Shown here one piece after another: positions 13,089-26,431 of a DNA stretch of 64,000 nucleotides. The position numbers and the translations under genes are program-made. This stretch comes from Dendrobates tinctorius (Eukaryota), in NCBI RefSeq assembly GCF_039654945.1, contig NW_027361788.1, positions 21,514,001 through 21,578,000 on the forward strand, written 5' to 3'. Numbering within the stretch: the first letter of the stretch is position 1; every line of letters starts with the position of its first letter. The notes under the pieces were generated by a model. It ran no database searches and was not told the origin of the DNA. It saw only the letters and a program-made list of their open reading frames with translations.

Positions 13089-16000
13089 ATGTATAAGCTG
13101 GATCTCCCCTTAGACGTGAAGGAAGTCGCCGCCATTGAAAGGAGAAGAAACAAGGAACAGCAACGGCAGAGCCGAATCTTCAATGCCAAGTTCCGGAGCA
13201 TTGGGGTGAGTGCGGCGTGCAGGGGTCCTGGTAGGGTCTCCAGTCATGGTCTGCCCTTACATGTGACGCCCTCCGTGTGTAGGTGGATGTGGACGCTCTG
13301 GAGAAGCAGGTGGAGGAGAGGAAGATGATGGAGAGGACGGAGAAGGCTCGGGAGGAGGCGTGCGGTAAATATTACTGAGGCCCCAATGTAGGATCTCTAT
13401 GGGCTCAGCCCCATTGACGTGAATATAGCCACGCTTTAGTACCAGACACCACCTATGGAGAAAAGTGGCGCTGTTTCCAGAAGAAACACGGGAACGGATC
13501 CTTTGTTTTTTTTTTTTTATCTTCCTGGCCCCACAGATGCAGACAGAGAACGTGAAGATAAAGTGGCTCTGATGCTGGAGCAGGGCGAGCACAAACTGTC
13601 CCGTGATCTGAACCGGGCCGTCCAGAATTACAGGGAGCAAAATCAGAAGCCCGAAACCCGGAGGGAATTTGACCTGAACAATCCAGACGCCCTAAAGAAG
13701 GACAGGCCGGCCCGAGTCAGCGACGACGACCCCAGATGTGGAGCCGCCAGCATGCAGAGGTTTGCTGGAGAAGACCTGAGCGAAAAGAAGCGGAGAGAGA
13801 TGCAGACGGATATGACAAAAAAATGGCTGACGGGGCAGATGGACGAGAGGAAGAGGAGGGAAGTGCAGCAAGCGTATGCAGGTTAGAGGGGTATTCCATG
13901 TCCAGGGGACGATGGGGCTACCCCACTCTTACAGCTGCAGGCGGCTCTTTGTAGGAGACAACGATATTTGCTGTACTGAAGCATTGCTATTTATGCCGTT
14001 CCACAATCTAATAAGATCTCTAGCTTTTGGGCTGACATTTTCATTCTTTGCTGCAGATAATCTACACGACAGAAAACGCGTGGAGCTGGACGAGAGGGCT
14101 GAACACCTCAGCAGGATGGAGGATGAGTGTCGGAAGGCAGTGAACATGGCCACCGAAAGCTTCAATCAGGCCTTGGTGAGTGGCGCGGAGGCTCCTCGTG
14201 GGCAGTGTCATTCTGTTGTGCCCGTGACCCTTTCCTCTTGGTCCAGGCCCTGGAAGTGATAGAGCAAAGGAGACGGCACAAGCAGCAGGAGGAAGATAAC
14301 AACCTAGCAGAGATTTACAACCACCTGAGTGGAGACATACTGACGGAGAATCCTGCCGTGGCCGTCAGCGTCTTCGGGCCGCATCGTGTTGTGCCCGATC
14401 GTTGGAAGGGCATGAGTCCGGAGCAGCTCAAAGCCATCTTAGATATTCAGAAGCAGCAATGCCAAGAGAAGCAGGTAACGTCCGAAATCCTGAGCAGTGT
14501 TCCTCCATCCCAGTAGTCCACATTGTATCCCACAGATGTCTGATAGATGCAGGTCCTGACTTCGGGACCTACATCTTTCTTGAGAACGTCACCCCGTCTT
14601 TTACTGCCAGGAAGGAAGAGGCGACCACACATGCTGGCCTCCCTCCACTCACTTCTATAGGGTTCTGGAAATCACCAAGTATCTGCCATGGGAATATCCC
14701 CTCATGCTGCAGATGGATCCTAATACTGCTTTACTGTAATCTCATTTTGCTGTTCTCAGAGGCTGAAGGAAGAGGAGAAACAGCTGAACACAGAGTGGGA
14801 CAGGCAGCGAACACTGGCAGCTCGTGCCGCCATGAACTTGGAACAGCAAGAACAGGAATTCAGCAGAGAAATGAGGAAACGGCTGGACGGGTATAACCAG
14901 CAGCTGAGCCGAGAGCAGAGGGCACAGTGAGTATCTCAGCAGGGTTTTATTTTGTAATCTGAGAGCAGTATGATGTAGGGGCTGAGACCCTGGTTCCAGC
15001 AATGTGTCACTAGGCTGTGTTTTGCTGTCAATACAATCAGTGTTTTATCAGCAGGAGATTATCACCACAGGACTAGGTGTCTCTTTCCTTCTAGTCCAAC
15101 CACGACCCCACTACTGATTGTCAGCTTTCTATCAATGTATAGAGGATTTCCACTGATATACAGGTGCTTCTCACAAAATTAGAATATCATCAAAAAGTGA
15201 ATTTATTTCAGTTCTTTAATACAAAAAGTGAATCTCATATATTATATAGAGTCATTACAAACAGAGTGATCTATTTCCAGTGTTTATTTCTGTTAATGTT
15301 GATTATGGCTTACAGCCAATGAAAACCCAACAGTCATTATTTCAGTAAATTAGAATAATTAACAGAAACACCTGCAAAGGCTTCCTAAGCGTCTAAAAAG
15401 GTCCCTTAGTTTGTTTCAGTAGCTCCACAATCATGGGGAAGACTGCTGACTTGTCCAGAAGGCAGTCACTGACACACTGCACAAGGAGGGTAAGCCACAA
15501 AAGGTCATAGCTAAAGAAGCTGGCTGTTCACAGAGTGCTGTCCAAGTATATTAATGGAAAGTTGATTGGAATCAAGAACAAAGTCAGCGCAGCCATCTAC
15601 CAGGAAATTTTAGAGCACTACATGCTTCCCTCTGCCGACAAGCTTTTTGGAGATATAAATTTCATTATCCAGCAGGACTTGGCACCTGTCCACACTGCCA
15701 AAAATAGCAATACCTGGTTTACAAACAACAGTATCACTGTGCTTGATTGGCCAGCAAACTCACCTGACCTTAACCCCATAGAGAATCTATGGAGTATTGT
15801 CAGGAGAAAAATGAGAGACACCAGACCCAACAATGCAGGTGAGCTGAAGGCTGCTATCAAAGCAACCTGGGCTTCCATAACATCTCAGCAGTGCCACAGG
15901 CTGATCGCCTCCATGCCACGCCGCGTTGATGTAGTAATTGATGCCAAAGGAGCCCCAAACAAGTATTGAGTGCACTTACTGAACATACGTATCAGTAGGC

Positions 16001-16385
16001 CAACATTTCAGATTTTAAAATCATTTTTCAAGCTGGTGTTATAAAGTATTCTAATTTACTGAGATATTGACTTTTGGGTTTTCATTGGCTGTAAGCCATA
16101 ATCATCAACATTAACAGATATAAACAGTTGAAATAGATCACTCTGCAATGACTCTATATAATATGAGTTTCACTTTTTGTATTGAAGAACTGAAATAAAT
16201 TTACTTTTTGATGATATTCTAATTTTGTGAGACGCACCTGTACATATAAAGCATAAAAAGTGCACATGTACAATTTATCTAATTTTTTCTTCTTCTTTTC
16301 AAGCCAAGAGTATCTGGATAATGTGGTTTACACCAACAACCCCACTGCTCACTACCACAGTCAGTTCAACACTGTCAGCCGCTGA
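13089..16385 (+). CDS. ribc1: RIB43A domain with coiled-coils protein 1 (ciliary doublet microtubule inner protein), 379 aa
   Basis: Coding exons 13089-13205, 13283-13364, 13537-13881, 14057-14175, 14247-14474, 14760-14926, 16304-16385; all GT-AG and phase-compatible, sum 1140 nt. Motifs [69 protein letters not shown] at 16456. Adjacent to hsd17b10 as RIBC1 is in mammals, which favours ribc1 over ribc2. Confidence 0.92.
15161..16240 (+). mobile_element. Tc1/mariner transposon, internally deleted, in the last ribc1 intron
   Basis: TA|caggtgcttctcacaaaattagaatatcat ... aattttgtgagacgcacctg|TA with long TIRs. C-terminal transposase motifs [23 protein letters not shown] at 15535-15969. Confidence 0.92.
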
Positions 16386-18835
16386 CTGTCTCCTGACCTC
16401 AGGGAAGCATTTATATAGCGAAGATCCAGTGTATAGCAGACCACTATCATTTATTAATAAAGACCACTGTGGACAGAGTCTCGCGTTTGTATTCAGTGTG
16501 AATAGACTCCTACATGTAATCTATAACTTTAAGCTGCCACTGACAGTCAGGAGGATGATCACCTCCTCCACCCTCCCTGCACATTGACCTCTAGATACAT
16601 CACAGAGCATGCTTACAGAGCTTCCACATAGAAGTCAAATGTTTTCATATGCCCGTCCTGGATAGTTGTTGATCGAATGATCGTTGGGCTGAAGCCTATC
16701 CCTCCTGACATATCCATACACTCGGCTTGACATATGGACTCCACAAGCTGCTGCCACACTCCTCTGGCCGTGGCTTATCTCTGAACAGAAAAAAAAAAAA
16801 ATTGGCCATTGGAAATCCTTCTTTACCTCCTCTAACAGGAGGTATAAGAGTTAGGAGACCCCCACATACATTAAGCTATCAACTGCTGCTGATATGGGCG
16901 AGTTCGGATGACTTGTCTAATGTGTATGGCGACCTTTAAACTCTTTTGTTTTGGCTTAAAATGCCTCTAAATAAATATTGGCACATTTTGGTGCGGTCTT
17001 AACGATTTTTCGACTGCCCATAAACTTTAAACATCCAGGGCCACACTGTACTCTGCATTGACGTTCTCAAATGTCAATACAAAGTAAGCATCTTGCAGAA
17101 AATTGTGCAGTTGTAGGGGCAGGGAGCTGGCTGTCAGACACAGCCAGACTCCTCACAAAGAAGACCTTGCCCCCATCCTGTGCTAATGTCCCTCATTGTG
17201 GCTCCCAGCTTTTAATAATGTCTTCTGTCCTGTACCCCATACTAACAATGTGTATGGGGGGACTTTAGGATTGGAGGTCAACATCAAATCCTTGGGGGGG
17301 TCTGACACCAAGCACCCCCTCTGATCAACTATTTTCAGCTCCTGTGGGGGATGAATGTAAAAAGGGCACAGAGCCAAGCAGCACTCACTTCAATAGGAGC
17401 TGGGCGTCAGTTCCTCATCACCACTAGGGGGGGCTCACCTCTAATAGAAGGTATGAGACCATGAAGTCACTCTAGACCCCAAGTGACATCACAGAAAAAC
17501 CATTGCTCTGCCCTACATGCCATGTGTGATATATTACATGTAGATGGCTACCAGGGTGAGAATAATCCAGAGGGAACTGGAAGATGCAGAATTTGGATCA
17601 GCACTGATTACTAGGATCTCACTGTGTTTATTCAGTGAGGGAAGTTTGCATTGAGCAGCAGCCAGACGTGAGACCTTTCCATCCAATGTCAGAGGGAATC
17701 CAGGAGACAGCTCCTTCTCCAGCAATGCTCTGGGAGTGCTGAACGCCTATGGAGAAAAACCCACACACCAGAAGACTTCTTCCACTTCAAATTTATGTTA
17801 AGAACCTATAACGCTGCCCTTCACCTCGCCAAACAGACCTACTTCACCACCCTGATCTCCTCACTAGCCAACAACCTCAAGTAACTTTTTGACACTTTTC
17901 ACTAACTCCTCAGGCCAAAAGCACAAGCCCTTATCACAGACATTTGTGCTGATGACCTGGCCTCCCACTTTATAGAAAAAATAGATACTATCCGTCAGGA
18001 AATCTGCTCCCAACCACCAAGTGCTGTGACTCCCATCCCTTCCTACATCTCCCCTGGCTCTCTTTCCACATTTGATCCCATCACAGAAGAAGAAGTCTCC
18101 AGACTCCTCTCGTCCGACCACATGCACTACCGACCCCATTCTCTCACATCTCCAGTCTCTCTCTCCAGTCGTCACAACTCACCTAACTACAATCTTTAAT
18201 CTCTTCCTCTTGTCGGGCATTTTCCCATCCTCCTTCAAACACACCATCGTTACTCCATTACTAAAGAAACCCGCTCTCGACCCATCCTGCACAAACAACT
18301 ACAGACCAGTCTCCAATCTCCCCTTCATCTCTAAACTTTTGGAGCGCTTAGTTTACTCCCGCCTTACCCGTTACCTCTCCCCCATCTAGACCCTTCACAG
18401 TCCGGCTCCCTCCCCCTACATTCAACTGAAACTGCACTCATCAAAGTGACTAATGACCTGACAGCAAAACGTAGCGGTGAACACTCTGCTCATTCTTCTT
18501 GACCTATCTGCAGCTTTCGACACTGTTGACCACCATCTCCTACTCTCTAGGCTCCAGTCACTAGGCATTAAGGACACTGCTCTCTCCTGGTTCTCTTCCT
18601 ATCTTTCTGACCGCTCCTTCAGTGTTTTGTTCTCTGGCTCTACATCATCTCCTCTTCCTCTCGCTGTTGGGGTACCTCAGGGCTCAGTCCTTGGCCCCCT
18701 TCCCTTCTCTCTCTACACAGCCCCAATTGGACAGACCATCAGCAGATTTGGCTTTCAGTACCATCTTTATGCTGATGACACACAACTATATACAACATTC
18801 CCCGACCTTACCCCCGCTGTACTACAGAACGCCAG

Positions 18836-19604
18836 TGTTGCGGTTCGCTATTGCAAAAGAGGAAAGCAAAAGGTACCAGAGAGTGGACCCTCTGGGTCAC
18901 GGTTCCAGAGCCCCCGAGGGCGAGCACCCAGGTGAGGACCACCCCCTATACAGGGAGTGTTAGGGACAGACCCCCAGGGGATAGAACCGCGACAGCCGGA
19001 ACCAAAGGGACGACTGGGGCAATAGACTAGAAGGAGGCACTGACGTATCCGTACAGGAGGACACCAGAGAACACAGAGACTTAAGCTGAGCACAGGACCG
19101 GAGAGCCAGGGGCGTCCGGGACGGGAGGCTGCAAAAGAGAGGAAGCACAAAGATACACTAGGCAGGAGGGTAGGCAACAACAAGGAAGGTAACAGGGTTG
19201 GACGAGAGGCGGCAGGACAGAGACGGAGGGAGAAGCACGGAGGCACGAACAGGCAGAGACAGCGCAGGCAGAGAGCCCCAGAGACACAGCGCAGCGCTGA
19301 CAGAGGCAAGGGTGAAGGGGCCTGGAAACACAGAGCACGCCGCACGAGACAGCTCTAACGCATTTGATAGACAGGCGTCTTACCTGTCCAGACACCGGAC
19401 ATATGTAGAGGTGGGCACCGCCATGTTGGAGGCGGGGCCAGCGCGTCACGCTACCCAGGAGGCTGCGCGCCGGGAGTCACGCAGTGTGCAGGTGCCCGAC
19501 GAGAAGGGAACCGGAGGCCGGGCGCGGGGATGCGCCAAGAAGCAGGAGCGCGCCGAGGGGCGCGCGCAGCGCGGTAAGTGGGGGCTGGGGCTGGAGCCGT
19601 TACA
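18836..19604. mobile_element. Solo LTR
   Basis: TGTTGCGG...CCGTTACA flanked by a 5-bp TSD (GCCAG); it splits the L2 reading frame. Confidence 0.85.
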
Positions 19605-19734
19605 GCCAGTGACTGACCGCAGTCTCCAACATCATGTCCGCTCTCTATCTGAAACTCAACCTCTCCAAAAATGAACTTCTTTTGCTCCCGCCGTCTACTA
19701 ACCTCCCTAAATATGACATTTCCCTCTCCGTGGG

Positions 19735-20242
19735 CAGGGCCGGCCCGAACGTATAGGCGAACTAGGCGGCCGCCTAGGGCGCCGACCCAAAGGGGGCGCC
19801 AGAGAAAAAATAGAAAAAATTATAAAAAATCTTTTCAAAAGGCAAAAAGTTTTAGGGATGGAAAGAAAAGTGTACATATTTAAGGGCAAATATGACACAA
19901 GAGAGGTTGGTTGGGTTGGCAACAATTTCGATAGAATCTGAAGTTGCTAAACAAATTAATCTCGGTGACTTAGTGTCATCCTTTTAAAAAAAAAAGGCAA
20001 GGAAACAAAAATTTTAATTACCTATGGTCGTTTTTGTTTTGTGTTATTGATTACTTTGTATATATTTGTCCTATACAACTTCTCAGAAGATTAAAGAGTT
20101 AGGAGAGAGTTAATTAATCATTGTTGTTGTGGTTTATTTTGCTCCTAAATTTATATCCCAAGTTTTCATCTACTGCCAAGAATAGTAGGGGCGCAACAAA
20201 ATAGTTTTGCCTAGGGCGCTGTAATCTCTCGGGCCGGCCCTG
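19735..20242. mobile_element. Non-autonomous hAT DNA transposon
   Basis: TIRs cagggccggcccga / tcgggccggccctg; 8-bp TSD tccgtggg/tgcgtggg (1 mismatch). Confidence 0.8.
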
Positions 20243-21435
20243 TGCGTGGGTGGTACCACAATAACACCCCGGCAGCAGGCGCGCTGTCTGGGTGTTATGT
20301 TTGACACCAATCTCTCCTTCACATCCCATATACAATCTCTTGCCCGCTCTTGCCGCTTACACCTAAAGAACATTCTAGAATCTGCCCTTTTCTCACCATG
20401 GAAACAACAAAAACCCTCACTGTAGCATTGATCCACTCCCGCCTGGACTACTGCAATGCTGTATTAATTGGCCTCCCCATTACTCGACTATCCCCTCTCC
20501 AGTCCATACTTAATGCAACAGCCAGGGTCATCCATCTGGCTAATCGGTACTCGGACACGTTCACTCTTCACCAGTCCTTACATTAGCTGCCCATTCATCA
20601 TAGGATCAAATTCAAAGTAGTTGTTCTCACCAGTAGCTTAGCTACCGGGGGGACGGGGGGGGCGGAGGCCCCAGGCCCGCGCTCTGAGGGGGCCCACCGG
20701 AGCTACACTACACTACACCACTATTCTGCGGAAGAGCAGGGAGAATCGATATCCTTACTCCTTACTCTGCTGCCCGGCCACTATGGGCCCCTGAGAAGGC
20801 GGTGGGGGGCCCCAGTGCAATCAGTGGGCCCCCCACCTCTCAGCCAGCAATGTCGTCCTGGGGTATTCTGTGCGCACAGGACCTGTGATGAGGTCACAGG
20901 AGGGGCGTAGTCAGGGGTCACATCAGGGCCGGACTGGGACTAAAATTCAGCCCTTGCATTTGAAGTTACACAGGCCCTAGTCACATGGTGACTATATAAT
21001 ATCTTTGTACACTTGTAGTTTACAAGAAGTGAAAGGAGATTAACACAACTATATAACATGTAGCCACAGCTGTGCCCAGTATTTCAGCTCAGTCCTATTT
21101 ATTGCTTTTAGGTACAGTACTCCTCCCAAAGCTCTGTCCCCTTTTGTATGCACGGTGACAGAATTCCTGGCAGAACTGCTCTCTATTGGGCAACCAGACC
21201 CCCTGGTCATAGCCGCCCCTATCATACCTCCCAACTTTTGAAGAAGGGAAAAATGGACAAAGACTGTGGCGCGCTGCGCGCGCCGCTGCAAATTTTGGCC
21301 ATGCCCAGCCACACCCATTTCACAACTAGTCACACCCATGTCCACACCAAATCACACCCATTTAGCACTGCTGATCACACTGACTGGTACTGAGGGCACA
21401 GTGGCTGGCATTATGGGCACACTGACTGGCACTAA

Positions 21436-21787
21436 GGAAGAGAGAAAACAGAGAGAGAGAAAAAAGAAAACAGCGAGAAAGAAAGGGGAAAGAAAGAACA
21501 GTGAGAGACAAAGAAAGAACAGTGAGAGACAGAGAAAGAACAGAGAGAGAAAGAAAGAGGGGAAAGAAAGAACAGAGAGAGACAGAGAAAGAACAGAGAG
21601 AGAGAGAAAGAAAGAAGTAAAGAAAAGAAAGAAAGAACAGAGAAAGAGGGAAGAAAGAACAGAGAGAGAAAAAAGAAAGATTAGAGAGAGAAAGAAAGAA
21701 CAGAGAGAGAAAGAAAATGAGGGAAAGACAGAACAGAGAATGAAAGAACAGAGAAAGAAAGAAAAAGAGAGAAAGAAATAAAGAAAG
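21436..21787. repeat. Polypurine (GAAA/GAGA) low-complexity tract
   Basis: About 350 nt made almost entirely of A and G. Confidence 0.9.
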
Positions 21788-22104
21788 ATTCTACAAAGAT
21801 ACTATAGCAGCCCGGCTCCCATTGTAGTGCCCACCTGAGCCTCCCGGTGCAGGACCTATCATGATCCGCTCACATGGCCGGCATCCCCGATTCCAAGGCG
21901 ATCCTGCTGTCTGCGCTGTCGGAGGAGGACACGGTGATGGATCTGAAGCATTCCTGGTTCCGTCACAATCTCCTCAAGAAATTATCTCATTTCCGGTCAG
22001 CTTCCAGCACATCACTTCAGGTGGAACGTCATGTGTGTGTTTTAAAATGCTCCTCGGGGCTCCGCCGTGTACTCCTGTGTCCGTGGGAATAGCCCGCTTT
22101 CTAT

Positions 22105-25100
22105 GCTTTGTACACACTTGGCTCCGCTCCGTACATCCCGTACACATATGGCTCCACTCCATACGCACACGGCTCCTCTCCGTACACCTCGTACACGCAT
22201 GGCTCCTCTCCGTACACCTCGTACACGCGCGGCACCTCTCCGTACACGCAGCTCCGCTCCATACACCTCGTACACACACGGCTCCGCTCCGTACACCTCG
22301 TACACACGGCTCCGCTCCGTACACCTCATACACACACAGCTCTGCTACATCCACACTGTAAATCCTGACCCCACACATACTTACCTCAACCAGCACCATG
22401 ACAACAGCAAAGCAGAGTCTTGCAGACGGTAGAGGCAAGGCTGAGCGCACAGGACCTGTGATGAGGTCACAGGAGGGGCGGAGTCAGGGGTGACATGATC
22501 GGGGGTCTGGACAAAGGCTCCTGATCATGTGACCCCCTGACTCCTCCCCTCCTGTGACCTCATCACAGGTCCTGAGAACAGAGCGAGCAGGCAAGCGAGT
22601 GCGATGCTGTGAGTGGCTGCGGGGGGGAGGGGGTCTCATGCTAAGGCGAGGATGGGGTGCGTGGGGGGGGGGGGGGCGTGGTGGCTTATCTCCCTGCAGT
22701 GCGGGAGGAACTTGAAACTATCACCGCCGTGCTGCAGAGGGCCGGCGGCAGGAGCAACAGTGGCCGCAGCAGCTGGCAAGCGGCCAGATGATCGGGCGCT
22801 GCCGCCCGCGGCCCACGTGACAGCGGCCCAGCGGGAAAATGCCCGGTTGGTTATATTGCCAATCCGGGCCTGGGTCACATGATCAGGGGCTTCAGTGGCT
22901 GCAGGACTCTGCTGTGCTGGTTCTCATGGTGCTGGCTGGATGAGGTGAAGTTTCTGTATGGGGTCAGGAGGGGTTTACAGGGTGGATGTAGCAGAGCTGT
23001 GTGTGTATGAGGTGTACAGAGTGGAGCCGTGTGTGTAGAAGGTGTACGGAGCAGAGATATGCATGTATGAGGTGTACGGAGGAGCAGAGCCATGTGTGTA
23101 GAAGGTGTACGGAGCAGAGATATGCATGTATGATGTGTACGGTGGAGCGGAGCATGTGTGTACAAGGTGCACGGAGCAGAGCCGTGTGTGTACAAGGTTC
23201 ACGGAGCAGAGACGCATGTGTACAAGGTGCACAAAGCGGATCTGTTATGAGCTCATTTTCTGCTCCACCAGTTGAGAGTTCTCCTTCCGTTCTCCCTCTG
23301 GTGGTGACAGGAGGTAGTGAGGTTGGTTTAATTGGTAGTGATCTGCCACCTGGTGAGGAAGATAACGATTGGATCTCTAGAGTATCAGACTGGATATAAG
23401 ACAGCCGACGCTTTATCCTGGTGCTGGTGATTCAGTCTGCTTCTCAGGTCTTGGACTCAGCTCTGTTCCAGTCTTCTCAAGTTAAGTTTGTTTTTGCTAA
23501 TGTTCACACTTGCTCTTGTTGGTCAATTCAGTTTTTTGTGTGGTCAGCCAGCCCGGCTGGGCTGTGCTGAATTTCCACTCTTATTTATCTGTGTTTGCTA
23601 AATTGCCTTTTTTTGTCCCTTATTAGATTGGCCTCTTTTTGCTCTGTCTCAGAATATTTCAGAGTGCTCGTATAGTGGGAGAAGTCTAGTGACTTCAGGG
23701 TTAATTTTGCTATCAGTTGTGTTGGACATTTTGGTAGGGTTTTTGGCAGATTGCAGACAGTGTCTTTCCTTTCCTGTCCTTTCTAGTTAGTTTGGCCCCA
23801 TCGTTTGCTCAGCCTATTTTCCTGCCTTTGTTTGTGTTTTCATCGTGTTTCACCGTCAATACATGTGGGGGGCTGTCTTTCCTTTGTGGTCTGCTCTGGG
23901 GCAGTTAGTTTTCCTCTTTTCCTGCTTTAGGCTTATTTAGCTCTCCGGTTGTGACGAGGCGTTTAGGACCACCGTAGGAACGCTCCACGACTGCTGCTAG
24001 TTGTGTGTTAGGATCAGGGGTCTACAGTCTGCATAGTTACCAACCTCTTTGGTTTTCTGAGACTTAGCTTGGGTTGTTTTTTATTTCCTCCTCGGCGACC
24101 CTTTTCATAACACGGATCCATGTGTGTATGGGGTGTACGGAGTGGAGCCGTGTGTGTACGGGGTGTATGGAGCGGAGCCGTATGTGTACAAGGCGCACGG
24201 AGCAGAGCGTGTGTGTACAAGGTGCACGGAGCAGAGCCGTGTGTGTACAAGGTGCAGAGAGCAGAGCCCCATGTGTACAAGGTGCAAGGAGCAGAGCTGC
24301 GTGTGTACAAGGTGCACAGAGCATAGCCCCGTGTGTACAAGGTGCACAGAGCAGAGTGCGTGTGTACAAGTTGCACGAAGCCGAGCCATGTGTGTATGGG
24401 GTGTACGGAGCAGAGCTGTGTGTGTACGGGGTGTACGGAGCAGAGCTGTGTGTGTACGGGGTGTACGTAGCAGAGCCGTGTGTGTACAAGGTGCACAGAG
24501 CAGAGCCGTGTGTGTACAAGGTGCACAGAGCAGAGCCGTGTGTGTACAAGGTGCACACGGAGCAGAGCCGTGCTTGTGTACAAGGTGCACAGAGCAGAGC
24601 CGTGCTTGTGTACAAGGTGCATGGAGCATAGCCGTGCGTGTGTACAAGGTGCACGGAGCAGAGCCGCATGTGTACAAGGTGCACGGAGCAGAGCTGCGTG
24701 TGTATAAGGTGCACGAAGCGGAGCCATGTGTGTACGGGGTGTACGGAGCAGAGCCGTGTATGTACAAGGTGCATGGAGCAGAGCTGTGTATGTACAAGGT
24801 GCACGGAGCAGAGCAGTGTGTGTACAAGGTGCATGGAGCAGAGCCGTGTGTGTACAAGGTGCACAGAGCAGAGTGCGTGTGTACAAGTTGCACGAAGCCG
24901 AGCCATGTGTGTATGGGGTGTACGGAGCAGAGCTGTGTGTGTACGGGGTGTACGGAGCAGAGCTGTGTGTGTACGGGGTGTACGTAGCAGAGCCGTGTGT
25001 GTACAAGGTGCACAGAGCAGAGCCGTGTGTGTACAAGGTGCACAGAGCAGAGCCGTGTGTGTACAAGGTGCACACGGAGCAGAGCCGTGCTTGTGTACAA

Positions 25101-26400
25101 GGTGCACAGAGCAGAGCCGTGCTTGTGTACAAGGTGCATGGAGCAGAGCCGTGCGTGTGTACAAGGTGCACGGAGCAGAGCCGCATGTGTACAAGGTGCA
25201 CGGAGCAGAGCTGCGTGTGTATAAGGTGCACGAAGCGGAGCCATGTGTGTACGGGGTGTACGGAGCAGAGCCGTGTATGTACAAGGTGCATGGAGCAGAG
25301 CTGTGTATGTACAAGGTGCACGGAGCAGAGCAGTGTGTGTACAAGGTGCATGGAGCAGAGCCGTGTGTGTACAAGGTGCACAGAGCAGAGCAGCGTGTGT
25401 ACAAGGTGCACGAAGCGGAGCCATGTGTGTATGGGGTGTACGGAGCGGAGCCGTGTGTGTACGGGGTGTACGGAGCGGAGCCATGTGTGTACAAGGTGCA
25501 TGGAGCAGAGGTGTGTGTATAAGGTGCACGGAGCAGAGCCGTGTGTGTACAAGGTGCACAGAGCAGAGCCCCGTGTGTACAAGGTGCAAGGAGCAGAGCT
25601 GCATGTGTACAAGGTGCACAGAGCATAGCCCCGTGTGTACAAGGTGCACAGAGCAGAGTGCGTGTGTACAGGGTGCACGAAGCGGAGCCATGTGTGTATG
25701 GGGTGTACGGAGCAGAGCTGTGTGTGTACGGGGTGTATGTAGCAGAGCGTCTGTGTACAAGGTGCACGGAGCAGAGCCGTATGTGTACAAGGTGCACGGA
25801 GCAGAGCCGTGTGTGTACAAGGTGCACGGAGCAGAGCCGTGCTTGTGTACAAGGTGCACGGAGCAGAGCCGTGCTTGTGTACAAGGTGCACGGAGCAGAG
25901 CCGTGCTTGTGTACAAGGTGCACGGAGCAGAGCCGTGCTTGTGTACAAGGTGCACGGAGCATAGCCGTGCGTGTGTACAAGGTGCACGGAGCAGAGCCGC
26001 ATGTGTACAAGATGCACGGAGCAGAGCCCCGTGTGTACAAGGTGCACGGAGCAGAGCTGCGTGTGTATAAGGTGCACGAAGCAGAGCCGTGTATGTACAA
26101 GGTGCACGGAGCAGAGCCGTGTATGTACAAGGTGCACGGAGCAGAGCCGTGTATGTACAAGGTGCACGGAGCAGAGCAGTGTGTACAAGGTGCATGGAGC
26201 AGAGCTGTGTGTGTACAAGGTGCACAGAGCAGAGCAGCGTGTGTACAGGGTGTACGGAGCGGAGCCATGTGTGTACAAGGTGCACGGAGCAGAGGTGTGT
26301 GTACAAGGTGCACGGAGCAGAGCCATGTGTGTACAAGTGCACGGAGCAGAGCTGTGTGTGTACAAGGTGCACAGAGCAGAGCCATGTGTGTACAGAGATG
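22105..26400. repeat. ~30-bp minisatellite (gtgtgtacaaggtgcacggagcagagcc): inverted arm 22105-22360 and main array 22980-26400 around a palindromic centre (22450-22575)
   Basis: More than 80 copies. The arms are reverse complements, and a 517-bp higher-order duplication is visible (ORF track offsets 24480/24997 and 24726/25243). Confidence 0.9.
23243..24112 (+). mobile_element. Solo LTR (related to the 4982-10759 family) inserted in the minisatellite
   Basis: TGTTATGA...TCATAACA, TSD CGGATC, TATAA at 23395. Resembles the reverse complement of the 4982 LTR. Confidence 0.85.
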
Positions 26401-26431
26401 CACAAATAATACTGCCACATGGTGTATAGAT

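Larger units (their letters stand above)
17720..20630 (+). mobile_element. L2-clade LINE RT fragment, interrupted by a solo LTR and a hAT element
   Basis: [45 protein letters not shown], then HSRLDYCN after the insertions. Frameshifted. Confidence 0.88.

Noticed and set aside
21266-21781. Lys/Arg/Glu-rich 171-aa ORF
   Set aside because: Polypurine low-complexity tract.
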